A stretch of DNA of 64,000 nucleotides from Candidatus Sumerlaeia bacterium (GCA_033764015.1 JANRJK010000046.1:32001-96000), one strand, 5' to 3'; positions 9,999 through 19,949 are shown, counted from the stretch's first letter. Made by a program: numbers and translations. The notes: generated from the letters alone by a model not told the origin.

Positions 9999-10703
9999 AT
10001 GCCGCAGCGACCCGCACTGATCGTCGACTTCGACGGCACGATGACCCGCAAGGAGTTCTACGAGCTCGCCGTCGAGGAGTTCGTGGACCGCGACATCTCC
10101 GGCTTCTGGGAGGACTACGTCGCGGGGCGGCTCACGCACTTCGAGGCGCTGGACGCGATCTTCGGCCTCATCGCGCGGGACGAGGCGCACGTCCTCGCGC
10201 GGCTGGCGGCGATGGAGCTGGACCCCGCGACCGGCGCCACGCTGCGCGACCTCGCCGCGCGCGGATGGCGCGTCGCGATCGCCTCCGCGGGCTGCGGCTG
10301 GTACATCCGCCACGCGCTCGCGGCCCAGGGCATCGAGGCCATCGTGAACCCGCGCGATCCGCTCGGGCCCACTCCGGGCAGCGTCGAAGTCTACACCAAC
10401 CCCGGCTCCTTCCGCCCCGGCGCGGGGCTCCGCATGGAGCTGGACCGCGGCTCGCGCCACTTCCGCGAGGGCACCGGCGTCGACAAGGCCGGCGTGGTCC
10501 GCGAGGCGCTCGCGCTCCACTCCCCCGTGGCGTTCCTCGGCGACGGCCGCCCCGACACGGAGGCCGCGATGCTCCTGCCGCCGGAGGCGCGCTTCGCCAC
10601 CGGCTGGCTGCGCGCGGACTTCCGCTCCCGCGGCGTCCCCTTCCGCCCCTTCGACCGCTGGACCGAGGCGGCCGCCCTCCTCGCGCAGGAGTGGGGCCTG
10701 TGA
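9999..10703 (+). CDS. MtnX-like HAD-IB phosphatase
   Basis: VDFDGTMT, IASAG, GVDK, FLGDGRPD motifs. Confidence 0.8.
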   Translation: MPQRPALIVDFDGTMTRKEFYELAVEEFVDRDISGFWEDYVAGRLTHFEALDAIFGLIARDEAHVLARLAAMELDPATGATLRDLAARGWRVAIASAGCGWYIRHALAAQGIEAIVNPRDPLGPTPGSVEVYTNPGSFRPGAGLRMELDRGSRHFREGTGVDKAGVVREALALHSPVAFLGDGRPDTEAAMLLPPEARFATGWLRADFRSRGVPFRPFDRWTEAAALLAQEWGL

Positions 10704-11749
10704 GCACCGGCGCCAGCATCCGCGTGCCGTCGCTGGTGCGCATGAAGCCGGGCGCGCTCGACCGGCTCGGGCTCTACCTGCGCCGCGCCGGGCGCCTGCG
10801 CGTGCTGCTGCTGGCGAGCGAGGGACTCGTCCCCGCGCTCCTGGGGCGCGCCCGCGCGGCGCTCGCCGCCGAGGGCGTCGCCTTCGAGGAGGCCGCGGTG
10901 CCGGACGCGAGCTTCGAAGCCGCCGGAGAACTCTTCGCCGCCCTTCCGCGGGGGACCGCCGCGGTGGTGGGCCTCGGCGGCGGCAAGGCGCTCGACGTGG
11001 CCAAGTACGTCGCGCACCTCGCGCGGCTCCCCTACGCCGCCGCGCCGACCTCCCTGTCGAACGACGGCTTCTGCAGCCCGCAGTCCTCGCTCACGCTGCG
11101 CGGCGCGCGGCGCTCGCTCCCCGCCACGCTTCCGGACGCCGTCGTGGTCGACACGGAGGTTTGCCTCGGCGCGCCGATGCCGCTCTGGCATTCCGGCGTC
11201 GGCGACCTCGCCTCGAAGATCACCGCCGTGGCCGACTGGAAGCGCGCCTTCCACGCCACCGGCGAGCCGGTGAACGACCTCGCGGCGCTGCTCTCCGACG
11301 CCACGGTGTTCCAATTCCTCGCGAGCCCCGCCCGCGACCCGGAGGGCGTGCGCCTGCTCGCCACGGCGCTGATGCTGAACGGCGTGGCGATGGAGATCTG
11401 CGGCTCCTCGCGCCCCGCCAGCGGCAGCGAGCACCTCGTCTCGCACGCGCTCGACGCGGTCTGCGTGCGCCCCCGCCTCCACGGCCTGCAGGTCGGCGTC
11501 GCGACTTACCTCGCCAGCCTGCTGCAGGGCGGCCATGGCACCGGGCGCGTCGCGGAGCTGTTCGACGCGACGGGCTTCTGGGAGGGCGCCGCCGCCGATC
11601 CGATCCCGCGCGCCGAGTGGCTCGAAGCGTGCCGCCGCGCCCCGGGGATCAAGCCGGGCTACCACACGGTGCTGAGCGAGCGCGACTGGCTCCCCGAGAT
11701 CGAGCGGCTCACGGACAGCGACCCGCGCCTGCGGCGCTGCGTGCGCTAG
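10700..11749 (+). CDS. sn-glycerol-1-phosphate dehydrogenase-like (EgsA/AraM family)
   Basis: GLGGGKALDVAKY, PTSLSNDGFCSP, GVGDLASKITAVADW, SSRPASGSEHLVSHALD, HGLQVG; GTG start overlapping the upstream stop. Confidence 0.8.
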   Translation: MSTGASIRVPSLVRMKPGALDRLGLYLRRAGRLRVLLLASEGLVPALLGRARAALAAEGVAFEEAAVPDASFEAAGELFAALPRGTAAVVGLGGGKALDVAKYVAHLARLPYAAAPTSLSNDGFCSPQSSLTLRGARRSLPATLPDAVVVDTEVCLGAPMPLWHSGVGDLASKITAVADWKRAFHATGEPVNDLAALLSDATVFQFLASPARDPEGVRLLATALMLNGVAMEICGSSRPASGSEHLVSHALDAVCVRPRLHGLQVGVATYLASLLQGGHGTGRVAELFDATGFWEGAAADPIPRAEWLEACRRAPGIKPGYHTVLSERDWLPEIERLTDSDPRLRRCVR

Positions 11750-11762
11750 CCCCGCATCCCGC

Positions 11763-12866
11763 TTGGCCGCGCCGCGCCGCCGCGCGAGCGTCGCCGGTGC
11801 CGAAACCGTCGGCCCGGAGCCTCGCTTGGAACTCGACCTGCTCGTCATCGGCGGCGGCGTCATCGGCCTCTCCTGCGCCCTGCACGCCGCGGACCTGGCG
11901 CCGCGCAAGCGCATCGCGGTGCTGGACCGCCCGACGAACGCCGGCGTGGCCTCGCGCGCGGCGGCGGGCATGCTGGCGCCCTTCGCCGAATTCGCCGCCG
12001 ACACGCCGCTCTTCCGCATGTGCCTCGCCAGCCTCGACTACTACCCGGAGTTCCTCGCGCGCTTCGCCCCCGGCGTCTCGCTCGAGGGCCGCGGCACGCT
12101 CCTGCCGGACGACCCCGCGGAGCCGGGGCGCCTCGAATCGCGCGCGGCGCTCGCCGCGGCGCACGGTCGCGAGGCGCGCCTGATCGAGGGCGCCGCGCTG
12201 CGTGCGCTCGAACCCGGCCTCGCGCCGTCGGTGCGCCGCGCGCTGCTGCTCCCCGAGCGCCTCGTCGATCCGCGCCAGCTCCACGACGCGCTGCGGCAGT
12301 CGGCGCTCGCGCTCGGCGTCGGGCTGCTGGACGACACACCGGTGGAGGCGCGGGTGGAGGGCGACCGCGTCGGGGAGCTGAGCACCTTCGCCGGCGCCTC
12401 GATCACCGCGCGCGAGGTGCTCCTCGCGACCGGCGCCTGGAGCGCCAAGGCGGGCGCCCTGTTCGGCATCGACATCCCGATGACGCCCGTGAAGGGGCAG
12501 GTGATGCAGTTCGCGGCGGGCGCGGTGCCGCTCGCGCACACGATCCACACGCACGGCGTGTACCTCGCGCCGCGCGGCGGCACGGTGATCGCCGGCGCGA
12601 CCATGGAGGAGGCGGGCTTCGACCCGTCGCTTTCGACGCGCGCGAACCGCGACATGGCCGCCGCCGCCGCCGCGCTCTGGCCGCCGCTCGCGGAGCTCGA
12701 CCTCCTCGACGCCTGGACCGGCTTCCGCCCGCGCACCGCCGACGGCCAGCCAGTCATCGCGCGCTCCGGCGTGCTGGCGAACCTGTCGGTCGCGACGGGG
12801 CACTTCCGGAACGGAATCCTCCTCGCGCCGCTCACCGGACGCCTCGCGGCGCGCCTCCTCTCCTGA
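11763..12866 (+). CDS. thiO: glycine oxidase-like FAD-dependent oxidoreductase (start uncertain)
   Basis: IGGGVIGLS, ASRAAAGMLAP, PVKGQ, GATMEE.GFD, WTGFRP, GHFRNGILLAP. Confidence 0.8.
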   Translation: MAAPRRRASVAGAETVGPEPRLELDLLVIGGGVIGLSCALHAADLAPRKRIAVLDRPTNAGVASRAAAGMLAPFAEFAADTPLFRMCLASLDYYPEFLARFAPGVSLEGRGTLLPDDPAEPGRLESRAALAAAHGREARLIEGAALRALEPGLAPSVRRALLLPERLVDPRQLHDALRQSALALGVGLLDDTPVEARVEGDRVGELSTFAGASITAREVLLATGAWSAKAGALFGIDIPMTPVKGQVMQFAAGAVPLAHTIHTHGVYLAPRGGTVIAGATMEEAGFDPSLSTRANRDMAAAAAALWPPLAELDLLDAWTGFRPRTADGQPVIARSGVLANLSVATGHFRNGILLAPLTGRLAARLLS

Positions 12867-12976
12867 CGGCGCCGTGGCGATTTTTCCGCCTCCGGCGTCC
12901 CGTTATGCTTGCGTTGCCCGCGCCGCCTTCCCCTAAACCTTAACGCAACTCACCACCCGACTGGAGCACGTCCGCC

Positions 12977-13282
12977 GTGCCTGGCACCGAAGGAAAAGGC
13001 GCTCTCGATCCCGCGGCCCTCGCCGACGCGCTGATGCAGCTTCCCGACTGGGAACCGAAGGGGAAGCAGATCGTCAAGACGTACGCGTTCCCCGACTTCG
13101 ACACGGCCGTCGAGTTCACCAACCAGGCGGCGGAAGTCTGCCGGCGCCTCAACCACTTCCCCGAGATCGCCCTCCACCACAAGAAGGTGAAGGTCGTCGC
13201 TTGGACCCCGAAGTACCAAGCGGTCAGCGAACTCGACACGCAGTTCGCCGCGCAGCTCGAGAAGCTCTACGAGCAATCCTGA
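12977..13282 (+). CDS. pterin-4a-carbinolamine dehydratase family protein
   Basis: LPDW...IVKTYAFPDFDTAVEF...NHFPEI...VSELD..FA pattern. Confidence 0.75.
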   Translation: MPGTEGKGALDPAALADALMQLPDWEPKGKQIVKTYAFPDFDTAVEFTNQAAEVCRRLNHFPEIALHHKKVKVVAWTPKYQAVSELDTQFAAQLEKLYEQS

Positions 13283-13305
13283 CCCGGCGCCCCCACCGGG
13301 GCTCT

Positions 13306-13320
13306 TGGCACGCGCGTTGC
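13306..13320 (+). promoter_or_regulatory. sigma-54 (-24/-12) promoter
   Basis: TGGCAC-gcgcg-TTGC matches TGGCAC-N5-TTGC exactly, about 63 nt upstream of the peroxiredoxin ATG. Confidence 0.65.
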
Positions 13321-13383
13321 CCTGAACGACAGCGCGGGCGCCTCTTGGTGCCCGACGCCCGGCACCACCAGGACCCCGCTCCG

Positions 13384-13929
13384 ATGAAGCACACCGCCTG
13401 CGCGCTCGCCGCCCTCATCGCCCTTTCGGCGTGCGCGTCGAACAGCACCCAGTCCACCGACACGACCGTCGCCGCCGGCACCACGGCCCAGGAGGAGGGC
13501 GACATGCTCGCCATCGGCACCGCAGCCCCCGCCTTCACCACGAAGGACAACACCGGAAACACCGTCTCCATCGCCGACTACAAGGGCGCCAAGAACGTCG
13601 TCCTCGTCTTCTACCCCGGCAACAACACGCCGGTCTGCACCGCCCAGCTCTGCGAGATCCGCGACGAATTCGCAAACTTCGAGGCCAAGGACACAGTGGT
13701 GTTCGGCGTCAACGACGCCTCCGTCGAGTCCCACGCCAAGTTCGCCGGCAAGAACGAATTCCCCTTCCCGCTGCTGGTCGACGCCGACGGCAAGATCACC
13801 TCCGCCTACGGCTCCCGCGGCCTCCTCGGCATCACCAAGCGCACCGTCTACGGCATCGACAAGAACGGCGTCATCGTCTTCGCCGAACGCGGCCGCCCCT
13901 CCCCGGACAAGGTGCTGGCGGCGTTCTGA
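13384..13929 (+). CDS. bcp: BCP/PrxQ peroxiredoxin with lipoprotein signal peptide
   Basis: FYPGNNTPVCTAQLC (PxxxTxxC plus resolving Cys); lipobox LSAC. Confidence 0.88.
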   Translation: MKHTACALAALIALSACASNSTQSTDTTVAAGTTAQEEGDMLAIGTAAPAFTTKDNTGNTVSIADYKGAKNVVLVFYPGNNTPVCTAQLCEIRDEFANFEAKDTVVFGVNDASVESHAKFAGKNEFPFPLLVDADGKITSAYGSRGLLGITKRTVYGIDKNGVIVFAERGRPSPDKVLAAF

Positions 13930-13948
13930 GGACGCCTATAGGGCCCGC

Positions 13949-14332
13949 ATGCCCCACTTCCAGATCCCCCTCGACCTCCCGCACGCCGCCACCGTGAGCG
14001 AGCGCATCGTCCAGGTGCTCCTCCGCACGCGTCCGCCGGAGCTGGCGGAGAACGCCGCGCTTTACGCCGCGGCCACCGCGCTGGTGCGGCTGCTGCGGCC
14101 CTGCGGCGACGCCGGCGAGAATCCGCTGCCGGACCAGGCCGACCCGCTGCGCCGGCAGGCCGCCGCGCTCGGACGCTCCCTCGCCGCCGAAATCGAAGCG
14201 CGCGCCGCGGGTTCCGACCGTCTCGGCCAGTGCGTCCGAAACCTGTTCGAATGCCTCGAACTCGGCGAGGAGGGCGTCGCCCTTTCGCTCCGCTGCGGCG
14301 AAGACCCGAAGTCGCCGCAGCGCGCGGGCTAG
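13949..14332 (+). CDS. hypothetical protein
   Basis: Good codon usage, 19 nt after bcp; C-terminal DRLGQCVRNLFECL segment. Confidence 0.65.
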   Translation: MPHFQIPLDLPHAATVSERIVQVLLRTRPPELAENAALYAAATALVRLLRPCGDAGENPLPDQADPLRRQAAALGRSLAAEIEARAAGSDRLGQCVRNLFECLELGEEGVALSLRCGEDPKSPQRAG

Positions 14333-14580
14333 CCCGGTCGATCCATAGAAGCACTGGCTCCGGCTTGCGGGTGCCCGACGAGCGGTTAGCACCGCCAAGA
14401 CCCGAGCGGTCCGCTGCGATCGCCGACGCCGGCCGCCCCAAGCCCGCAACCCCATGCCGCATCCCTCCGCGGGGTGGCCAGCCGCCAGGCTCATGGAGCG
14501 CACGGCTCCCATTGACCCGGAAATTGCTGCTTCGCATCTAATTGTTGTTGGTTTTCGCCGACAACAGCCGGAGGCCTGCA

Positions 14581-16410
14581 ATGGTCCTGCGTCCGCGCGT
14601 TTCCCTCTTGGTGTGCCTATGCGGGCTGTTGGTGGCGATGGCTGGCGCGCAAACAGCCACGGTGTCGTTCCAAACGCCCGCCTCGGTGATCTTCCCCGAC
14701 TTGGCTGCGAACTGCCTGCGGCGGGCCGACAACGGCGAGAGCATGCCGTTTCTCCTCGCCGCCTCGACCAATACGAACATCGGGCGCTACTATCTGATCC
14801 CGAAAACCGGTGCGTTCGCGCAACCATTGACGCTTCTCATGCGCTTCGAGGGCTTCCCCGACGGCGTGGGGAGCATCGGCGCCGACGAGTTCCGCGCGCT
14901 GAGCTGGACGGGTCCGCAGCCGACATTCACGATCGTGAACGCCGCCTACGGGCAGGGCGGCGCGAACTTCGTCGAGGTTCTCGTCACCCTGACGGCCTAT
15001 GTGGGTTGGGGCTCCAACGACTACTACTTCCTCGGGATCGACGAACACGTCTACGGCGAAGCGCGCTACGCGACCTTCGTCCTCTCGGTTTCGGAACCGT
15101 TCGCGATCGAGGAGGCCCCTGCGGACCCGGGGCACCCGATCGACCGGCGGTTCCGCCTCCTGGGCCTCCGCTGGCCGGACGAGTTCACGAACTGCTCGCC
15201 GATGCCGCCGGCGATCTACCGCGGGAGCGACCCGCTCGCCGGCGAGACCGTCGAGATTTCGGGAACCGGCGTGCGCTTCACGCCGGAGTCGGCCTCCACC
15301 GACGCGGAGGGCTACTTCACCGTCGCGGCCTTCGTGGCGCCGGAGGAGTTCGAGGCGGGCCGGGAGCGCGCGGAGCCGCGCGCCGATGCGCTGGGCAGCC
15401 TGCAAATGAAGTACCGCGAGCTGATCCGGACGCATGGAATCTCCGGCCAGTTCTGCGTCGTCATCATGGTTGATGGTGTTGTGAACGTGCAGTACCGCGG
15501 CCCGGTCGTCGTCGGCGAGGTGCTGCGGCCCGGCACGGTGCTGTCGCTCAGCGCCCAGCAAGGCAAGCGCGCCAGCCTGGGCCTGCGCTTCGTCAACGGC
15601 ACGGACGCCAGCATCGTCCAGGACGTCTTCACCAACGCGTGCATCACGGACCTGATCAAGATCGGGAACGACGGAATCGAGGACGCGTCGGTGATCCCCG
15701 GGAACTCGCGGCTGGGCACCGTGAGCCGCTACCTCTGCGAGAAGGTGGCGGGGCTCCCCACGACCCCCGCGCAGTGGGCCACCTTCACGGGCAAGGTGGT
15801 GGTCACCGGCGCCGCGTCCTCGGTGGTTTCCGTGGGCGGGATCACGGGTTTCGCGCTGAAGTACGCGGTGAAGCAGGCATCCGGCGAAAGCTACGACTGG
15901 GTGGTGAACTCGACCGCGGGCGGCTCCCGCGGGGATCCCGCGCCGCTCCTCGGGGCGGGTCCGCCGCGCGTGGATCTCGCCACCTACTACGACGGCTCGA
16001 CGCGCGTGGCCCAATCGCTGGGCCCCGCCGTGGCGATGTTTCCCGCCGGCAGCGCGACTCCCGCCGCGACAGTACCCGCGGGCGTCTGGCGGGAATTCGC
16101 CCATGGCGGCGCGCCGCAGCGCGACTGGAGCGAAACCCCCGACAGCATCGACTTGGATGGCCCGAGGCTGCAGCTTGCCGTCGACAGCGATCTGGCCAGC
16201 GGCCTTTCCACCGTTCGCCTCGCTGCGTGGGACCCCTCGGGGTTGGACGTTGGCACACTGGCGGCGCTCATCAACGGCACCGCCGCCACGGGGCTGTTCG
16301 AGCAGCGCGGCGAGGGGGCATGGGAGGCGACGCTCTTCGGCAACCTCTCGGGGGCCCACATCGAAGCCACCATCGCCGACCTTCCCGGAAACACCCGCGC
16401 GCTCGACTAG
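14581..16410 (+). CDS. secreted beta-rich protein; frame continues past its TAG to 16755
   Basis: GGAGG RBS before ATG 14581; signal peptide VSLLVCLCGLLVAMAGA. Confidence 0.7.
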   Translation: MVLRPRVSLLVCLCGLLVAMAGAQTATVSFQTPASVIFPDLAANCLRRADNGESMPFLLAASTNTNIGRYYLIPKTGAFAQPLTLLMRFEGFPDGVGSIGADEFRALSWTGPQPTFTIVNAAYGQGGANFVEVLVTLTAYVGWGSNDYYFLGIDEHVYGEARYATFVLSVSEPFAIEEAPADPGHPIDRRFRLLGLRWPDEFTNCSPMPPAIYRGSDPLAGETVEISGTGVRFTPESASTDAEGYFTVAAFVAPEEFEAGRERAEPRADALGSLQMKYRELIRTHGISGQFCVVIMVDGVVNVQYRGPVVVGEVLRPGTVLSLSAQQGKRASLGLRFVNGTDASIVQDVFTNACITDLIKIGNDGIEDASVIPGNSRLGTVSRYLCEKVAGLPTTPAQWATFTGKVVVTGAASSVVSVGGITGFALKYAVKQASGESYDWVVNSTAGGSRGDPAPLLGAGPPRVDLATYYDGSTRVAQSLGPAVAMFPAGSATPAATVPAGVWREFAHGGAPQRDWSETPDSIDLDGPRLQLAVDSDLASGLSTVRLAAWDPSGLDVGTLAALINGTAATGLFEQRGEGAWEATLFGNLSGAHIEATIADLPGNTRALD

Positions 16411-16755
16411 ACTCCGAACTCACGCCCCGGCATTCCCTTCGACCTGCACGCGACCTCCGGTCCGCCGGGGGGAAACGTGGTGGCGGAGTGGACCGCGCCG
16501 ATGGAGACCGCGGCCCCCATCGCGGGCTACCAGGTGCGCTTCGTCGCGCCGGGCTTCGACCTCCCGGGATGGCAGTCGACGGGCCTCGCCGAATCGCTTG
16601 TCCTCCCGGTGCCCAGTGCCCTGCCCACCGGGGCGCGGTTCCGCGTGCAACTGCGGGCCGTGGACGAGGCGGGGCGCGTTGGCGACGCAGCCTCCTCGTT
16701 CGACGTCACCGTCGCGTCGCCGACCCTCGGGGCGACCGGGTTCATCGTTCGCTGA
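16411..16755 (+). pseudogene. FN3-like C-terminal part of the preceding gene, separated by one in-frame TAG
   Basis: Same frame as 14581..16410 with no further stop; PFDLHAT...VAEWTAP...IAGYQVRF...FRVQLRAVDEAG is FN3-like. Confidence 0.6.
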
Positions 16756-16879
16756 CGGGGCACTCGACAGGCTCGCGGCTGGCAGCGGCGCGTCGCGCTT
16801 GCAAGAACGCAGGGGACATGCTGTAGTCCGGTGATGGATGGCCCCACCAGGGGCGGCCGGGAGACGGGAGGAGGCGGCG

Positions 16880-19165
16880 ATGGAGCGGGATCCGGATCTG
16901 GGCTTCGGCGATGCGGCGAGGAAGTTCCTGCGCGCCGCGATCCAAGGGAACTACTTCTACATCGCCAGCGCCCTCCTGATGATCGTCGGGTGCTACCTGC
17001 TGATGAAGTCCCCGCTCGTCTCCGGCGACGAGTACCTGCGGGTGCTGAAGTCGCTCGCGGTGCTGCAGGGTTACGAGCTGCTGGTGATCGCGACCGCGCT
17101 CTTCATCCGGCGCCGCTTCGCTGGCATCGGCGACGGGTACGTGCTCCTGCTGATCGAGATCGCCCTCCTGTTCGATCCGACCTTCTTCAACAACAACTTC
17201 TTCAGCATGATGAAGAACGGGCATCCGCCCTCGCTGATCTACGGCACCAACGCGGTGTGCCTCGCGCTCGCGCTGCTGAAGGTGGGCGTGCTGGAGGGGT
17301 GCCTCGGCTTCCGGCTCACGAACACGGCGCGGCTCGGCATGCTGGCCGCGGGGATCATGGTGTACGTGGCGCCGGGCCCCCTGGGGGCCTGGGCGACCGA
17401 TCCGGCGCAGGCCCGGCTGCACCTCTACGCGATGGCGTGGGCGCTGGGCGCGGTTGCGCTGCTCATGCCGCCGGTCGGCGCGGTCGTCGCGCTCGATCCC
17501 CCTGGCGCGACGGAGGGCCAGCGGCTCTGGCTCCCCCGGCTGCTCGCGGGGATCCCCCTCGCGGTCGTGGCCCTGCATCATCTGGAGGCGATGGCGGTCT
17601 ACCAGATCCCGCCGCACCGCGCGGACCTCGCGCCGCTGCTGATCGCGGTGGGCCTGCTCCTGATCCGGCAGGAGAGCGCCAAGGAGCCGGGCGGCGGCTT
17701 GGTGCCCGTCGACATCTGCTTCGCGCTTGGCCTTTGGCTGAGCCTGCACCGGAGCGACGTGGTCTCGACCAACCAGATGCGCAACCTGCAGCTCGCGCAC
17801 GAGCACCTCGGGAGCGCGCTTGCGGCAGCCGTCGTGCTGGCGAGCTATGGCCTGCTGTGGTGGCGGCTCCGCCACCGGGCGCTGCTCATCCGCATCGGCG
17901 TCCTGCTGCTCGCCGTTGTGGTCGCGGCGCTGCGTGCGGCCGGTGTCTTCGCGTGGATCGGCTCCCTCGAACCGCCCTCCTTCCCCTCCGCGGCCATGGG
18001 CTTCAACGCGCTGGTGCTCTTCGCCGCCGGGCTGTGGTGGTGGATGCGCCGCGACGACTGGGCCGCGCTCCTGGCCTGCGCGGCGGCCGCCGGCGGAACC
18101 ATGGCCGCGTTGCCGGGCGAGCACGTGGCGGAGACCATGGGCCTCTACTTCCTGCTCGGCGCCATCGCGGTCGACCGCTACTTCCCCTTGGAGGTCCGGG
18201 GATTCCGGTTCCTGTTCGCCGTCGCCGCGCTGCTCCTGCCGCTCAAGGCGGGGGACCCGTGGATCGGCGGAGCCTGCGCCGCCGTCGCGCTCCTGGCGTT
18301 GGTGCTTCGACTGGCGAACCGGTGGAGCGGCGAGTTCGCCGCCGCCCTCGTGGTCGCCCTGGTCGTTGCGGCGAACTGGATCGTGAGCGACGCCAACCTC
18401 CGGGTCCGCGTCGATCCCGCGGTCGCGGCGCTGCTCTTCGGTGGACTGCTCTTCGCGGCCGGCCTCTACGTGACGCTCCACAAGGACCGCGTGCTCTCGT
18501 GGCTCGCGGACCGCGACGCGCCGCCGCCGGACGCCGCGTCCTCCGCGCATGGCCTCGCGCGCGCTCTGGACCCGCCGCCACCCGGTTGGATGCCCAAGCC
18601 CCGGGACGCGCCGGACGAGCTCCCCGCGGAGGCCAAACCGCCGTCCGAGGCACCCCCCGCGCTGGCCGTCGAACCACCCGCCGAGCAAGCCGAGGAGCAG
18701 TTCGCGGCGCCCCCCGGACCCGAGGCGGCACAGGCCCACCCCGCGGGCGCCATCGAGGAGCCCCGCGCCGCGGAGGGGCGCGTGCGGGACGCGATTCGCC
18801 AAGTGCTCGTGGAGAATCCCGCGGAGGGCATCCTCGGCGGGGAGTCCCTCACCGGCGAGGAGGGCCGGCGCTGGCGCCAGATGGCGCGGCTCGGCACGGA
18901 GGACCGGGACCTGTTCTGGTTCCGCGATGAGCGGGGACCAAGGCTCGTCCTCCTCGAGCAAGGCATCGTCGCCCTCGGGGACGGCGGCTACGGCGCGCGC
19001 ATCGCCTACGACCAGCTCTCGCTGGTCCTGCGCCGGCGCGCGGTGCTGCGCATCGTCACGCACTCGGCGCAGGACATCGCCGTGCCCGGCCTGTCGCCGG
19101 AGCAGGCGCGCGCCGCCCACGCGACGCTCCAGTTGCTGCTTTGGGAACTGGGGGATCCCGGCTGA
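16880..19165 (+). CDS. polytopic membrane protein with Pro-rich linker and C-terminal soluble domain
   Basis: GGAGG RBS; many hydrophobic helices. Confidence 0.75.
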   Translation: MERDPDLGFGDAARKFLRAAIQGNYFYIASALLMIVGCYLLMKSPLVSGDEYLRVLKSLAVLQGYELLVIATALFIRRRFAGIGDGYVLLLIEIALLFDPTFFNNNFFSMMKNGHPPSLIYGTNAVCLALALLKVGVLEGCLGFRLTNTARLGMLAAGIMVYVAPGPLGAWATDPAQARLHLYAMAWALGAVALLMPPVGAVVALDPPGATEGQRLWLPRLLAGIPLAVVALHHLEAMAVYQIPPHRADLAPLLIAVGLLLIRQESAKEPGGGLVPVDICFALGLWLSLHRSDVVSTNQMRNLQLAHEHLGSALAAAVVLASYGLLWWRLRHRALLIRIGVLLLAVVVAALRAAGVFAWIGSLEPPSFPSAAMGFNALVLFAAGLWWWMRRDDWAALLACAAAAGGTMAALPGEHVAETMGLYFLLGAIAVDRYFPLEVRGFRFLFAVAALLLPLKAGDPWIGGACAAVALLALVLRLANRWSGEFAAALVVALVVAANWIVSDANLRVRVDPAVAALLFGGLLFAAGLYVTLHKDRVLSWLADRDAPPPDAASSAHGLARALDPPPPGWMPKPRDAPDELPAEAKPPSEAPPALAVEPPAEQAEEQFAAPPGPEAAQAHPAGAIEEPRAAEGRVRDAIRQVLVENPAEGILGGESLTGEEGRRWRQMARLGTEDRDLFWFRDERGPRLVLLEQGIVALGDGGYGARIAYDQLSLVLRRRAVLRIVTHSAQDIAVPGLSPEQARAAHATLQLLLWELGDPG

Positions 19166-19300
19166 TTCTCCGATCGTCGGCTCGAGACCCCGGGCGGAGC
19201 CTCCCGCCGCGCGCTTGGCGGCTCCGCGTTCTGGCGCCCGCGTCTGTGTCGGATCGGATCCGCCTGGGCGCCGCGCGCGGCGCCGGCCCGCGCCGCGATC

Positions 19301-19861
19301 CTATTCCCCCCAACGCACCGGCGTGACGGTGCCGCTTTCCCAATCCCTGCGCAGGATCGCATAACGAACCGCGTCGTGCATCGCGCCCGACGCGTCCGGC
19401 CACGACTCGCGGTAGCGCCCCTCGAGCGCGAAAAGCGAGCGTTCGAACACACGCCGCATGGCCAAGTTGTCCGCGCGCGTCGTCCCCTCGATCCGCGTCA
19501 GCAGCGGATAGCGCGCGAACAAGTGGCCCGTCAGCCAGCGGACCGCCGCCCCGCCGATCCCCCGCCCGCGCACCGCCGCGCGGATCCGCAGGTCGAACAG
19601 CGGAAAGCCGTCGCCATCGTCGAGATCGTCCAGCTCGAGTAGCTGGATGATCCCGACCGCCTCGCCCTCCAACTCGATCCAATGCACCTCGCGCGTCCCG
19701 CCGGTGTAGAGCCCCTCCCGCGCATGCGCGAGGATCGACTCGCGCGCAACCACCGGGCTGCCGTGGAACGGCCACACCTCGGAAGCGAGGAAATCCGCAA
19801 ACGCCTCGGTCTCCGCAGGGAATCGGACAGGACGAAAGGTCGGGGAGGAGTGCTGCGTCAT
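19301..19861 (-). CDS. GNAT (RimJ/RimL-like) N-acetyltransferase
   Basis: FDLRIRAAVRGRGIG, TRADNLAMRRVFER..F..EGRYRESW. Confidence 0.85.
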   Translation of the reverse strand: MTQHSSPTFRPVRFPAETEAFADFLASEVWPFHGSPVVARESILAHAREGLYTGGTREVHWIELEGEAVGIIQLLELDDLDDGDGFPLFDLRIRAAVRGRGIGGAAVRWLTGHLFARYPLLTRIEGTTRADNLAMRRVFERSLFALEGRYRESWPDASGAMHDAVRYAILRRDWESGTVTPVRWGE

Positions 19862-19949
19862 GGGGTGGCGGGTAACGGCGGGAGGGCGCGGGGCGCAACG
19901 GGAAGGGGCGGGGGGGCGGAAGGGTGCTCGAAAACGAGGGGCGCTTCTG

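Noticed and set aside
11763..12866. Thiamine operon or TPP riboswitch near thiO
   Set aside because: No thiS/thiG neighbours, and the 13-nt gap upstream leaves no room for a riboswitch
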